Assembly (NCBI GenBank): GCA_036845805.1
Contig: DAIUDD010000002.1
Span: 129,112-193,111, forward strand
From: Patescibacteria group bacterium
GTDB lineage: Bacteria > Patescibacteriota > Patescibacteriia > UBA2196
Direction: 5' to 3'
DNA: 64,000 bases
Part shown: piece after piece, positions 44,695-54,465 of the stretch
How the letters are laid out: every line of letters begins with the position of its first letter
Numbering within the stretch: the stretch's first letter is position 1
Program-made: the position numbers and the translations under genes
The notes under the pieces: generated by a model
What the model saw: only the letters and a program-made list of their open reading frames with translations
Told to the model about the DNA's origin: nothing
Database searches by the model: none

Positions 44695-44940
44695 TTAGTT
44701 AATATTTAATAAATGATTTAATTTATCTTTTTGAAAACCAATAATAATTTCTTCGGTTTTGATAATAATTACCGGCACACCCATTTGCTTGGTTTTATTA
44801 ATCATTTCTTGTTGTGCGGCTTCATTTTCGGAAACATCAATTTCCGTATAAGCAATACCTTTTTCGGTTAGATATTGCTTGGCTAGCTGACAGTAACCAC
44901 AATAAGGTGTCGAGTAGATAGTTACTTGGGGTTGGGACAT
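44695..44940 (-). CDS. Glutaredoxin/NrdH-like redoxin
   Basis: 81 aa 'VTIYSTPYCGYCQLAKQYLTEKGIAYTEIDV...GVPVIII'; CxxC motif and glutaredoxin fold pattern. Confidence 0.75.
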   Translation of the reverse strand: MSQPQVTIYSTPYCGYCQLAKQYLTEKGIAYTEIDVSENEAAQQEMINKTKQMGVPVIIIKTEEIIIGFQKDKLNHLLNIN

Positions 44941-45212
44941 AATTTTATGATTAACTAGTGACTTGGCCTCCTTAAACTTAAGTACTAGAAATTAATTATA
45001 AAAACATTTAAATAGTATAAATTAGTTTAACATATTTTTAAAAAAGCAACAATTCTTGCTTTTTTTAAAAAAATATGCTATACTATAGATAGTTATCAGG
45101 AAGAGCGCAAAACAAGATTTTTATGAAAATAAAAGTCCGCAACCTGACTCCGAAAGCTTATTTAATAAAAATCAAGGCCCATTAGGCCTTGATTTTTATT
45201 TAAACAAAAAAA

Positions 45213-45560
45213 TTATTTTTTAATTTGATTGACAATCTTAACAAAAATTTCCGGCTGTTTTATGGCTAATTCAACCAAAACCTTACGATCTAGGGCAATT
45301 TTATTCTTTTTAAGCAAATCGATAAATAAGGAATATTTAAGACCCAACGGTCTGAGAGCCGCATTAAGACGCACTTGCCATAAAGCACGGGCGGTTCTTT
45401 TTTTATTACGCCGATCGCGAAAAGCATAGACGCCGGCTTTTTTTACCGCGGTCTTAGCTAATTTGGTTAAATTTTTGCGGCCCCAGTGATAACCCTTGGT
45501 TTGACTTAAGAGCGCGCGTCGTTTTCTGGTCCGTACTGTCCCTCTTTTAACTCTAGGCAT
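45213..45560 (-). CDS. rplT: 50S ribosomal protein L20
   Basis: 'MPRVKRGTVRTRKRR...KGYHWGRKNL...ALWQVRLNAALRPLGLKYSLFIDLL' is the L20 signature. Confidence 0.9.
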   Translation of the reverse strand: MPRVKRGTVRTRKRRALLSQTKGYHWGRKNLTKLAKTAVKKAGVYAFRDRRNKKRTARALWQVRLNAALRPLGLKYSLFIDLLKKNKIALDRKVLVELAIKQPEIFVKIVNQIKK

Positions 45561-45605
45561 ATAACACGATTAATTATGGAGAACTAAAATAGTAATCCAA
45601 AATAA

Positions 45606-45791
45606 TTAAATTAATTTTTTAATATTTTGAGCTAATGTTTTGTCGGTGGACAAATCATTTCTCTTTTTTCTAACAATTTTACCAGATTCCTTGGCGTTAA
45701 AATGATCTTGCCCGGCGCGACGTTTTAAAATAAGACCGCGGCGGGTTTTTTTAAACCTTTTAGCCAATGATTTGACTGTTTTTTGTTTCAT
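45606..45791 (-). CDS. rpmI: 50S ribosomal protein L35
   Basis: 'MKQKTVKSLAKRFKKTRRGLILKRRAGQDH', basic, about 61 aa; sits between infC and rplT. Confidence 0.8.
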   Translation of the reverse strand: MKQKTVKSLAKRFKKTRRGLILKRRAGQDHFNAKESGKIVRKKRNDLSTDKTLAQNIKKLI

Positions 45792-45885
45792 ATAAATAAG
45801 ACTAATCGACACAAATTATTTACAGATTAACACAGACTAAGATAAAATAAATATTGGACGATTGAATAAAAATTAATTTTTTGGT

Positions 45886-46434
45886 TTAATTGGGAGCGAT
45901 GAGAGCAGAAAATTTGCCGCCCTGTTTTTGAACGGGCTGAACAATTTTTATTTTCTCCCCCAAAGTATCAATAAAATTACTAATAATCTGACGGGCGTTA
46001 TCAGCATGAGCCTTTTCTCGACCCTTTAAAATTAATTCGATCCGCACTTGGTTACCTTCGGTTAAAAATTTTTCAGCTTGGTGCAGGCGATTTTCCAAGT
46101 CACCACCCTTGATTTTAAAAGATAAGCGAATACCTTTAATTTCCACTTTCTTACTGGCAATTCTTTGCTTGTGAGCCAATTTATCTTGTTCATATTTAAA
46201 TTTACCAAAATCCATAATTTTGCACACTGGCGGATTAACCACGGGATTAACTTCTACTAAATCTAATTCTAATTCCCTGGCCTGTCTTAAGGCAGTGGCA
46301 GTATCAACTATGCCCTGGCCTTGTCCATTTTCATCTATTAAAAAAACACTGGGTATGCGAATCATTTCATTATAACGTGTTTTTTTTTCCGGTATTTTTT
46401 GATTTTTAGAAACACCGCGGTGACGAATCTGCAT
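45886..46434 (-). CDS. infC: Translation initiation factor IF-3
   Basis: 'IRIPSVFLIDENGQGQGIVDTATALRQARELELDLVEVNP...CKIMDFGKFKYEQ' N-domain and C-domain 'KGREKAHADNARQII'. True start is probably a non-ATG codon upstream of MIRIP; the 5' boundary is uncertain. Confidence 0.75.
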   Translation of the reverse strand: MQIRHRGVSKNQKIPEKKTRYNEMIRIPSVFLIDENGQGQGIVDTATALRQARELELDLVEVNPVVNPPVCKIMDFGKFKYEQDKLAHKQRIASKKVEIKGIRLSFKIKGGDLENRLHQAEKFLTEGNQVRIELILKGREKAHADNARQIISNFIDTLGEKIKIVQPVQKQGGKFSALIAPN

Positions 46435-47021
46435 ATTTTTGGTGGAGGTGGCCGGAATTGCACCGGCGTCTAAAATTTTTTATTAAACCATTGCTACAAA
46501 GTTAGTTTGTTTAAGTGATCGACCAATTTTCTAAAACAAACAAAACAAATTGGCTTAAGCCTAATTGTTCTTACTAATTTTAAGCGGCCTTAAAATTAGC
46601 CAGCTTGTATTTTATAACACCTTGGCTGCTTTTACAAGCTTTAAGCAGTAAGATGGCGGTTGGATTTAAGCAACCACATAAGCTGGTTGAAAAGAAAAAG
46701 CGTGAGCTAGTTTAGCCACACCTTCTTTCACCCGGCTAAAAAGATTGGCATTTATTGTGCCGTGAATCAGTTTTAAGAGATGATTCAACTCTCTTTGATA
46801 AGTTTAATAGCTAAATTTTATCAAATTTGAACACCCCCATAATATTAAACTCAAAGTTCAAAATGCCAGCTCTGCGCCGGCATCCCGCATTTTGTGGGTT
46901 GGTTGTCCAAAGAACAACCAAAACTCAAAATTTAAGGTAAAAAGTTAGAATTATTGTAGCTTAAAAAATAAAAGATGTCAAATATAATAAAAAACTTTTA
47001 AAATATCTTATTATATTAAAA

Positions 47022-49418
47022 TCAATTTTTTTTGATCTTCTTTTCCATGGTAGCAATAGCAAGTTTGGTTTTAACCACGGAATCGGGATTTAACGAAATT
47101 GAATCAATACCTTCACGCACTAAAAACTGGGCAAAGTCTGGGAAGTCCGAAGGTGCTTGGCCGCAAATGCCGATTTTGGTTTTGGTCTTATTAGCCACTT
47201 TGATGACAGTGCTAATTAATTCTTTAACTGCTTCATCTTTTTCATTGCCAATATGAGTTAAAATTCCAGAATCACGATCAAGACCTAAAGTTAATTGGGT
47301 TAGATCATTGGAGCCAATGGAAAAACCATCAAAGAGTTTGGCAAATTTTTCCGCTAAAATTACGTTGGAAGGAATCTCCACCATCATATACAATTGCAAA
47401 CCATTTTGATGGCGTTTTAAGCCAGCATCAGACATAATTTTAATAACTTTCTTAGCTTCCTCCAGCGTCCGCACAAAAGGAATCATAATTTTAACATTGG
47501 TTAAACCCATGTCATCACGAACTTTTTTAAAAGCCTGGCATTCTAATTTAAAAATATCAACAAATTTAGGATCATAATAACGGGAAGCGCCGCGCCAACC
47601 AATCATCGGGTTTTCTTCTTGCGGTTCAAAATTTTTGCCGCCGATTAAATTAGCGTATTCATTAGTCTTAAAATCAGACAAGCGCACAATTACACTTTTT
47701 GGATAAAAAGCGGCGGCAATCATAGCAATGCCTTCGGCTAATTTATCGACAAAAAAATCTGTTTTATGTGCGTAGCCTAAAGTCATTTTGGTAATTTGAT
47801 TTTTAACTTTTTGATCTTTAAGCTGATCAAAGTTCCATAGCGCCGACGGATGAATTTTAATAGAATTAGTAACAATAAATTCTTCACGGGCCAAACCCAC
47901 GCCATCACTTGGCAAAAAAGAAAATTCAAAAGCCCGTTCGGGTTCAGCCAAGTTTAACATGATTTTGGTCCGGGTAGCTGGTAATTTTTTTAAATCAATT
48001 TTTCTTTGTCCAAATTTAAGTAAGTCTTGATAAACAAAGCCGGTTTCACCGTCAGCGCAATTAATAGTCACCAAATCGCCAGTTTTTATTTTTTCTGTGG
48101 CGTTAGCAGTACCAACGATACACGGTACCCCAAGTTCGCGCGAAACAATGGCAGCGTGGCAAGTGCGCCCGCCAGAATTAGTAATAATGCCGGCAGCGAT
48201 TTTCATGATTGGCACCCAATCCGGATCGGTCATTTCCGTAACCAAAACATCGCCGGGTTTAAATTTTTTAATATCTTTAATATTTAAAATAACATGGGCT
48301 TTGCCAGCGCCAATTTTACTGCCTACGGCCTTACCGGTTACCAAAATTTTTTCCTGGCTATTTTTTTTATTATCAACCAAATAATATTCTTCTAAATAAG
48401 AAAAATCGCGTTGCGATTGCACGGTTTCCGGCCGAGCTTGAACTAAATAAATGCGGCCGCTTTTACCATCTTTGGCCCATTCCATATCCATGGGCCGGCC
48501 ATAATGTTCTTCAATTTTAACAGCCCAATTAGCAAGCTGGTGTACCTCTCTATCGGTCAAAGAAAATTTCTGTTGATCATCAACGGGCACCGCAACATTA
48601 ATTAAATCACTGCGATTATAAATGAGTTTCTTTTTTTTGTCACCTAATTTTTTATTAATAATGGCATATTTGCCCTTTTTTAAACTGGGTTTAAAAACAT
48701 AAAATTCGTCTGGATTAACTTTGCCTAAAACAATATTTTCGCCCAGGCCAAAAATAGAATTAATCAAGACGATATCGGCAAAACCAGTTTCGGTATCAAT
48801 AGAAAACATGACGCCGGAAGAAGCCAAATCGCTTCGAACCATTTTCTGCACGCCAACGGAAAGAAAAACAGTGCTGTCTTTTATTTTTTTAGTGCGGCGA
48901 TAAATAATAGCCCGGGCATGATAAAGCGAAGCAAAGCACTGTTTAACTGACATTAAAAGCTCTTCACGGCCAGTAACATTTAAAAAAGTTTCATGTTGGC
49001 CGGCAAAAGAAGCGTCGGGCAAATCTTCAGCCGTAGCAGAAGAGCGCACCGCTACATCAGTGGCGCGTCCAAACTTATGGTAAGCAGATAAAATCTTTAA
49101 TTCTAAATCCAAGGGCATCTTAGCACTCATAATAAGATGGCGCGCGGCAGCTGAACGACGGTTTAAGTCGGCCATATCGCGCGGCCGTAAACCAGATAAA
49201 ATTTCCGCTACTTGATCATTCAAATTATTCTTGGCCATAAAATAACGATACGCGGCGGCCGTAATCGCAAAACCATTAGGCACCAAAACGCCTTTTTTAG
49301 TGAGCTGGCTGTACATTTCACCAAGCGAAGCGTTTTTACCGCCAACCAGAGCAACGTCATTGTTAGTGATTTCTGAAAACCAAAGGATGTGGGGCTGTTT
49401 TTTGTTTTTGTTAAACAT
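47022..49418 (-). CDS. ppsA: Phosphoenolpyruvate synthase (pyruvate, water dikinase)
   Basis: 798 aa; phosphohistidine domain 'GGRTCHAAIVSRELGVPCIVG'; N-terminal ATP-grasp and C-terminal PEP-utilising TIM barrel pattern. Confidence 0.85.
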   Translation of the reverse strand: MFNKNKKQPHILWFSEITNNDVALVGGKNASLGEMYSQLTKKGVLVPNGFAITAAAYRYFMAKNNLNDQVAEILSGLRPRDMADLNRRSAAARHLIMSAKMPLDLELKILSAYHKFGRATDVAVRSSATAEDLPDASFAGQHETFLNVTGREELLMSVKQCFASLYHARAIIYRRTKKIKDSTVFLSVGVQKMVRSDLASSGVMFSIDTETGFADIVLINSIFGLGENIVLGKVNPDEFYVFKPSLKKGKYAIINKKLGDKKKKLIYNRSDLINVAVPVDDQQKFSLTDREVHQLANWAVKIEEHYGRPMDMEWAKDGKSGRIYLVQARPETVQSQRDFSYLEEYYLVDNKKNSQEKILVTGKAVGSKIGAGKAHVILNIKDIKKFKPGDVLVTEMTDPDWVPIMKIAAGIITNSGGRTCHAAIVSRELGVPCIVGTANATEKIKTGDLVTINCADGETGFVYQDLLKFGQRKIDLKKLPATRTKIMLNLAEPERAFEFSFLPSDGVGLAREEFIVTNSIKIHPSALWNFDQLKDQKVKNQITKMTLGYAHKTDFFVDKLAEGIAMIAAAFYPKSVIVRLSDFKTNEYANLIGGKNFEPQEENPMIGWRGASRYYDPKFVDIFKLECQAFKKVRDDMGLTNVKIMIPFVRTLEEAKKVIKIMSDAGLKRHQNGLQLYMMVEIPSNVILAEKFAKLFDGFSIGSNDLTQLTLGLDRDSGILTHIGNEKDEAVKELISTVIKVANKTKTKIGICGQAPSDFPDFAQFLVREGIDSISLNPDSVVKTKLAIATMEKKIKKN

Positions 49419-49439
49419 AAAAATATAGAAAATTTTAAA

Positions 49440-49757
49440 TTATAAATTTATTCTTTTAGCATATTTGCTTAAATAAGGCATTTCCCATTCTTTACCTTGA
49501 AGAGCATTAAGAAAGCCAAGCACAGAAAAAATAATGATAACAAGCCAGCCCAGCGGGGCGATAATCAACCAACCGATCAAAGGCAAGGCGCCAAAAAACA
49601 AAACCAGCAAAGAAAAAAAGAATAAAACAAGGCCTTGTTTGGCGTGAAATTGACAAAAACTATTGTCTTTTTTTAAAATCAAAGGCACTAAAAATAACAG
49701 CCAAACATAACTAATGGCCGCAATTATTTTTTCTTCTGAGTGAGAGTTGTTGTCCAT
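49440..49757 (-). CDS. Small membrane protein (hypothetical, 3 TM)
   Basis: 105-aa hydrophobic ORF. Confidence 0.4.
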   Translation of the reverse strand: MDNNSHSEEKIIAAISYVWLLFLVPLILKKDNSFCQFHAKQGLVLFFFSLLVLFFGALPLIGWLIIAPLGWLVIIIFSVLGFLNALQGKEWEMPYLSKYAKRINL

Positions 49758-49770
49758 AATATTTTTAAAT

Positions 49771-51249
49771 TTATAAATCGCCTAATTCATAATTAATTGT
49801 TTGATTTTTATAGCGCGACATCAGCCGACGATCGCTGATTAACAAGCTAATAATTAAGGCGCTGCCGCCAGCCACTAAACCATCAATTAAACTTTCGGAG
49901 ATAAGATTAAAAACCGTCCAAAGTTCACCAATCCAAATAACTTTAAAAAAAGAGCGCGCTAAACCAACGAGTAATCCGGCCAAAATCAAACACTTAACAG
50001 TGGTGGAGCGATTTTCAAAATGAACCAAGCGCAGCCGCAACGACATCCAAACAAAAACTACCACGTCAAGCAACACCAGGTAAGGCAAAAAGACGCCCAA
50101 AAACAAAGTTCGCCAACCGGGAATAAGACTAAAAAAATATAACAAAAATTCCAACCCGGCTAAATAAATGACTGGCCGTCTAATTATGGAAACATACCAG
50201 CCCCGATGATGAAAAGGACGGTGCTTTAGCCAATTTTCTCTGGCTTGTAAATACTTAGCACGCGCATTTTGTTTTTGTGCCTGTTTTAATTTCTGCGCGG
50301 CTTGTTTTTGTACTTTCTTAGCTGCTAACTGTTCTTGCCAATCTTTGATTTTTTGTTCGCGAGCATTTTTTTTACTCTCTTCCAGAGCAATTTTTTGCTG
50401 GCGGCTTTCTTTAGCTGCTTGTTCTTTGTCGGCTTTAATCTGTTGTTTTAATAATTCTTTTTGGGCGCGCAATTCGGCTCTTTTCGTCTGCTCTAAAACT
50501 AAGAGTCTCTCTTGTTCTGCCTGGTGGTCTTTTTCTTTGGCCAAACGTTGTGCTTTTAATAATTGCGCGGCTTTTTCTGCCGCGGCTTTTTTTTGCTCGC
50601 GCTCGATTTGTTGTTGTTTTATTTTTAACAGCTCGGCTTGGCGCGCTTCTTCTTTTGCTTTTTTAGCTTGTTCTTTGGCTAAATGCTTGGCTTCGATTTT
50701 GGCTTGTCTATCTGCCAACCATTTTTCTTCAGCCGCTATTTTTTCTTGACGAATCTTTTCTTTCTCAGCAGCAGCTTTCTGAGCTTTAATAATTTTTTCT
50801 GCTTGTCGACGTTTTTGATCTTGTTGTCTTTTTTCATAACGCAAAGCTCTGGCCTTTCTAATTTCTTCGCGCTGTTCTTGTAAAAAATTTTTTCTCTTGG
50901 CTGTTACCTCTTTAAGATTACCAGGATGGAGTTTAAAGCTTTGATATAATGGCCAAGAAGACTTTTTTTCATTTTCAGCATTATTAGTGACTGGCTCTTT
51001 AAGCGCTGATTCTCTTTTAACTAATGGCAATAATTCTGATTCTTTTTTTAATTCAGCCAGTTCTTTTTCTAATTCTAAAATTTCGGCTTTTTTTTCTAAA
51101 TAAGAGGCGTAAGAGGAAGTTGGTGCTAAATTTTTTTCATCAATTTGTTCCTCTAGTTGTGTAATTAAAGTTGATAAATCATCTGAGGCAATGGAATCAG
51201 TTAATAAACTTTCAATTTTTTTAGATGAAGAAGTAAAATCATCAGCCAT
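49771..51249 (-). CDS. Membrane-anchored protein with ~250-aa K/E/A/Q-rich charged helix (single-alpha-helix/coiled-coil, TolA-like) and C-terminal 4-TM domain
   Basis: Compositional: long 'KAEKAAQ...EQAKKAKEEARQAELLK' low-complexity helix, then hydrophobic C-terminus. Confidence 0.45.
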   Translation of the reverse strand: MADDFTSSSKKIESLLTDSIASDDLSTLITQLEEQIDEKNLAPTSSYASYLEKKAEILELEKELAELKKESELLPLVKRESALKEPVTNNAENEKKSSWPLYQSFKLHPGNLKEVTAKRKNFLQEQREEIRKARALRYEKRQQDQKRRQAEKIIKAQKAAAEKEKIRQEKIAAEEKWLADRQAKIEAKHLAKEQAKKAKEEARQAELLKIKQQQIEREQKKAAAEKAAQLLKAQRLAKEKDHQAEQERLLVLEQTKRAELRAQKELLKQQIKADKEQAAKESRQQKIALEESKKNAREQKIKDWQEQLAAKKVQKQAAQKLKQAQKQNARAKYLQARENWLKHRPFHHRGWYVSIIRRPVIYLAGLEFLLYFFSLIPGWRTLFLGVFLPYLVLLDVVVFVWMSLRLRLVHFENRSTTVKCLILAGLLVGLARSFFKVIWIGELWTVFNLISESLIDGLVAGGSALIISLLISDRRLMSRYKNQTINYELGDL

Positions 51250-51482
51250 ATGTGGATATTATAACACAAAAAAGAGTTTAGATGAATGATTAAAAACGTA
51301 AAATTTTTTTAGAAAATAAATTTTAAAGACCGCATATAATGATTGATAAATTTAATAGCTGGCTAGAAAAATTATTAAATTTATTGACAAAAAATTTATG
51401 GCAATAAAGAAACAGCAATATTTATTCTTAAAATAGAATAAACAAAAAAATTAATACGGATTATTAAATTGTTATATATTAC

Positions 51483-51511
51483 TTGACAAATTTTTAATTT
51501 TATGATAAAAT
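51483..51511 (+). promoter_or_regulatory. Sigma70-like promoter TTGACA-N17-TAAAAT for the 51579-53708 operon
   Basis: Exact -35, good -10, followed by SD GGAGG 8 nt before the ATG at 51579. Confidence 0.5.
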
Positions 51512-51578
51512 CTTTATTAAAATAAAAATAATAAGGAACATTAATAAATAATGATGTTAACTTTTTTGGAGGCAAAAA

Positions 51579-51848
51579 ATGAGCGAAAAAACTCAAAAAA
51601 TTGTTTCGCTGGTCCTTTATGTGATCGGCGCTGCATTCGTGCTTGTGGGCATGGTTACACATTCACGGGCAGTGATCTTTGGTGGTTTGCTTTTTGTTTT
51701 TTTAACAAGCAGACTATCCAAAGCATTGAAACAACTGACAGCCAAAGAGGATGAGGAACCAACTTGGTTGTTTTTGTTAAAAAAAGTTTTTGGCAACCAA
51801 TGGTCGATTTTGTTTATCGGCCTGTGGTTAATCATTTTTATTCTGTAA
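51579..51848 (+). CDS. Small membrane protein (3 TM), first gene of a GC-rich 3-gene operon
   Basis: 89-aa ORF with SD; local GC well above background. Confidence 0.45.
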   Translation: MSEKTQKIVSLVLYVIGAAFVLVGMVTHSRAVIFGGLLFVFLTSRLSKALKQLTAKEDEEPTWLFLLKKVFGNQWSILFIGLWLIIFIL

Positions 51849-51858
51849 GGAGAAAGAG

Positions 51859-52434
51859 ATGGCAAAAGATAAGGAAAGAAAAAAGGGTGGTGGTGCCGAA
51901 GATTCAATTGGCATCATCTTAGAGCAAATCGGTCCGCCGATTGCTCAAGTTCTGGTCACTTTTTTCTCAGTTAATTTTTTGGAAAAAAATTTGGACATAA
52001 TCAAAACCAGCCCCTTTTTCAGCTGGATCATTAACATGCTCCTGCCGGATACGGGGATTGGGAAGACACTGGCTGATATACAGCAGGAGATTTTTGCCAA
52101 GCAGCTAGTAATAGCTGTTGAAGCAAAGATAAAAAACCCTAGAAATTTTCAAGACCGAAGCCAGATCTGGCAAAGTCTGCGAGAAAAAATTGCTGGCCTG
52201 AGAGCCAGCAACCCAGAATTGCCTGGCGTTCTGGAAAAAATTCCTGACCGGCTGGAAAAAATTGGCGCAAAAATTCAAGAGTGGCTTGGAAAAAATCAAC
52301 CTCTGGAAAAAATAAACCAGGGGGTTGGTGAATGGGCCATGCGCCAATGGGGCACGAAAGAAAAAGCCCCTGCCAATTTGGCCGAATGGAAGAAAAAAAG
52401 TGAAGAATTTCGCAAAAGATATTGGAGGGATTAA
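51859..52434 (+). CDS. Hypothetical protein (191 aa)
   Basis: Follows the upstream gene by 10 nt with SD 'AAGGAGAAAGAG'; no family recognised. Confidence 0.45.
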   Translation: MAKDKERKKGGGAEDSIGIILEQIGPPIAQVLVTFFSVNFLEKNLDIIKTSPFFSWIINMLLPDTGIGKTLADIQQEIFAKQLVIAVEAKIKNPRNFQDRSQIWQSLREKIAGLRASNPELPGVLEKIPDRLEKIGAKIQEWLGKNQPLEKINQGVGEWAMRQWGTKEKAPANLAEWKKKSEEFRKRYWRD

Positions 52435-53708
52435 AAATGGATAGAATTATTGACATCATTGACGATTTTTTTACCACCGTTCTTAATCTCGTATATGGTG
52501 GTTTCGGCGCGCTTATCAATCAGGGCGTGCCAGAAGCCCGCCGGATATTGAGAGGGTTTGAATGGTTGACGGTAACGCTGATTCTCGCCGGCGTGTATGC
52601 CCTCATAAACCGGGATGTGCCGATTTTATCGGCCGTTCTGTTGGTTGTTTTGTTGATTTATTATGGAGGAATTTTTTTCAGCTCCATAAAAATCAATATC
52701 AGGGACCATGAGATCGGCGGCTGGGATGGCGCGCAAAGGACATTGTCATTACTGTTCATGTTCTTTACGCCGGTCGTTGTTCTGTTTTTGTTTGATATCG
52801 ACTTTGCTACCAGCAAAGTTGGTATTGGCATGATGGCCGGATATTTTATAATAGGCGTCTTTTTTGACGCATTTGGCCGATTCATCGGGCGAGTAACAAA
52901 TGCCCCGGCTTATTGGCTGACAATTTTCATGCTCACCACGCTTGCTTTGGTGGCATGGAAGAGCGCTTTCCCTGAAAACTATCTAGCCCACAAGGTGGAC
53001 TGGGAAAGAAAGGTCGGCGTGTGGACTGCGCACAAAGACCGCAAATCTTTCCCCAGTGGCCTTGACGGGTCTGCCACTTACACAAAAGTAACAGAAGAAA
53101 CTTTTTGTTTTTATAAATGCGGAGGAACCTTCATACCGGCCACCGCCGATACCACCAACAGGGAACATCTCAGAATCGAGCTGGGCACCGAAGTTGCCGT
53201 GGTCAACCACGGTACTGCCCCAGAAATGTGGGGCGACGAACAAATGGTGTTGGTGCGATTAAAAAATTCGACAACCAATTTGTTCACGGGAAAAAAGGTC
53301 TGGGTGCCAAGCCGATTTTTGGATAATTTCCAAAGCCCGCTGGATTATCGGCCAAAACCGGCCCCAACACCAGGTTCTAATACCACCACTACCACCACTA
53401 ATTCCCCGCCGAGAAAAGACACTACTACAATCTCAATTTCCAATCAAGGTGAGTGGGTGGAAATCGGCACACCATTGCACGAGGGCATGCGCGTTTATGT
53501 GCATGCGCCGTATAAAGAAGTGAGGGGGATGTTTAGTTGGATGGAGGAGGAGGATTCAATTCTTCTCCAACCAATCTATAAACACCACGCTGGCGGATGG
53601 TGGGGTTTTTATCGGGTCACGGCTGAGCCGGATGACCCAAGCACCAAATTTTTAATCCAAGTACCTGAAGCCGTGGCGGGAGAAACGGTGCAGTACTGGA
53701 TTGGGTAA
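52422..53708 (+). CDS. Polytopic membrane protein (about 5 TM) with Thr-rich linker and C-terminal extracytoplasmic domain (hypothetical)
   Basis: Start overlaps the preceding stop; 'NTTTTTTNSPPRKDTTT' linker; terminator GGACGGACT..GTCCGCCC+T-run at 53722-53750. Confidence 0.45.
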   Translation: MEGLKMDRIIDIIDDFFTTVLNLVYGGFGALINQGVPEARRILRGFEWLTVTLILAGVYALINRDVPILSAVLLVVLLIYYGGIFFSSIKINIRDHEIGGWDGAQRTLSLLFMFFTPVVVLFLFDIDFATSKVGIGMMAGYFIIGVFFDAFGRFIGRVTNAPAYWLTIFMLTTLALVAWKSAFPENYLAHKVDWERKVGVWTAHKDRKSFPSGLDGSATYTKVTEETFCFYKCGGTFIPATADTTNREHLRIELGTEVAVVNHGTAPEMWGDEQMVLVRLKNSTTNLFTGKKVWVPSRFLDNFQSPLDYRPKPAPTPGSNTTTTTTNSPPRKDTTTISISNQGEWVEIGTPLHEGMRVYVHAPYKEVRGMFSWMEEEDSILLQPIYKHHAGGWWGFYRVTAEPDDPSTKFLIQVPEAVAGETVQYWIG

Positions 53709-53773
53709 AAACAGAAACACAAAGGACGGACTTTTAGTCCGCCCTTTTTTATTTTGAAAAATTTTTAATTTAT

Positions 53774-54397
53774 TTAATTAAAAACATTAAAAACAAAATT
53801 TAACAAGGCATAAGAAGCAAAGACAATTAAAATTCCAATGGAAGCATAAACCAAAGTATCTTGACCGGTTTTTATTTTAGCAGAATTGCCTTGCGAAGTT
53901 AATAAAATAAAGCCGCCATAAACAAAAATTAATAAAGAAATACTGCCAATAATACCAAGAAAAGCTTTAATAATCCGGCCAATTATTTGTTCAATTGAAC
54001 CAGCAGCAATAGGATTGTTTAAGCTTGATTGATTAGTAGTGGGGTTGGCGGGCGCATTCGGATCAACAGGACAACCGGCCATATTTGGATCAACGTCTTT
54101 TTGTCCGGGTAGTGGGTTGGCACAACAGCCGACTAAAGCGGGATTAGCTCCACACTCATCAGAAGAAGGTAGGTTGGTACAAGTAGCAGTACAGCCAGTG
54201 GGATTTGAACCACAACACTGAGTTTGGCATTCTGCCTGATTGGTGGTAATAAAATAATCACTGCCAGAACTTGGCGATACCCGACAATCACACAAACAAC
54301 TTGGATCTGCTGCCAAAGTAAAACTAGTCACAAAAAAAATACTAAATAAACTTAAGATAAAAATAAATAAAAATTTTTTTAACATAAACTTATTCAT
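53774..54397 (-). CDS. Secreted Cys-rich protein (14 Cys in ~95 aa) with C-terminal TrbC/VirB2-like pilin module
   Basis: Signal peptide; 'CLCDCRVSP...CQTQCCGSNPTGCTATC...CGANPALVGCCANP...GCPVDP'; C-terminus 'IIKAFLGIIGSISLLIFVYGGFILLTSQGNSAKIKTGQDTLVYASIGILIVFASYALLNFV' paralogous to the N-terminus of the 33124-34074 protein. Confidence 0.5.
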   Translation of the reverse strand: MNKFMLKKFLFIFILSLFSIFFVTSFTLAADPSCLCDCRVSPSSGSDYFITTNQAECQTQCCGSNPTGCTATCTNLPSSDECGANPALVGCCANPLPGQKDVDPNMAGCPVDPNAPANPTTNQSSLNNPIAAGSIEQIIGRIIKAFLGIIGSISLLIFVYGGFILLTSQGNSAKIKTGQDTLVYASIGILIVFASYALLNFVFNVFN

Positions 54398-54465
54398 TAA
54401 AGCATTAAATCATCAAAGCATTAAAACAATTAAAATTTCTATTTTGCTTTTTTGTTTTAATGTTT

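Noticed and set aside
50345-50883. Plus-strand ORFs (134 aa, 66 aa) rich in Cys/Phe/Ser
   Set aside because: Antisense to the K/E/A/Q low-complexity region of the coiled-coil protein; low-complexity antisense artefacts.
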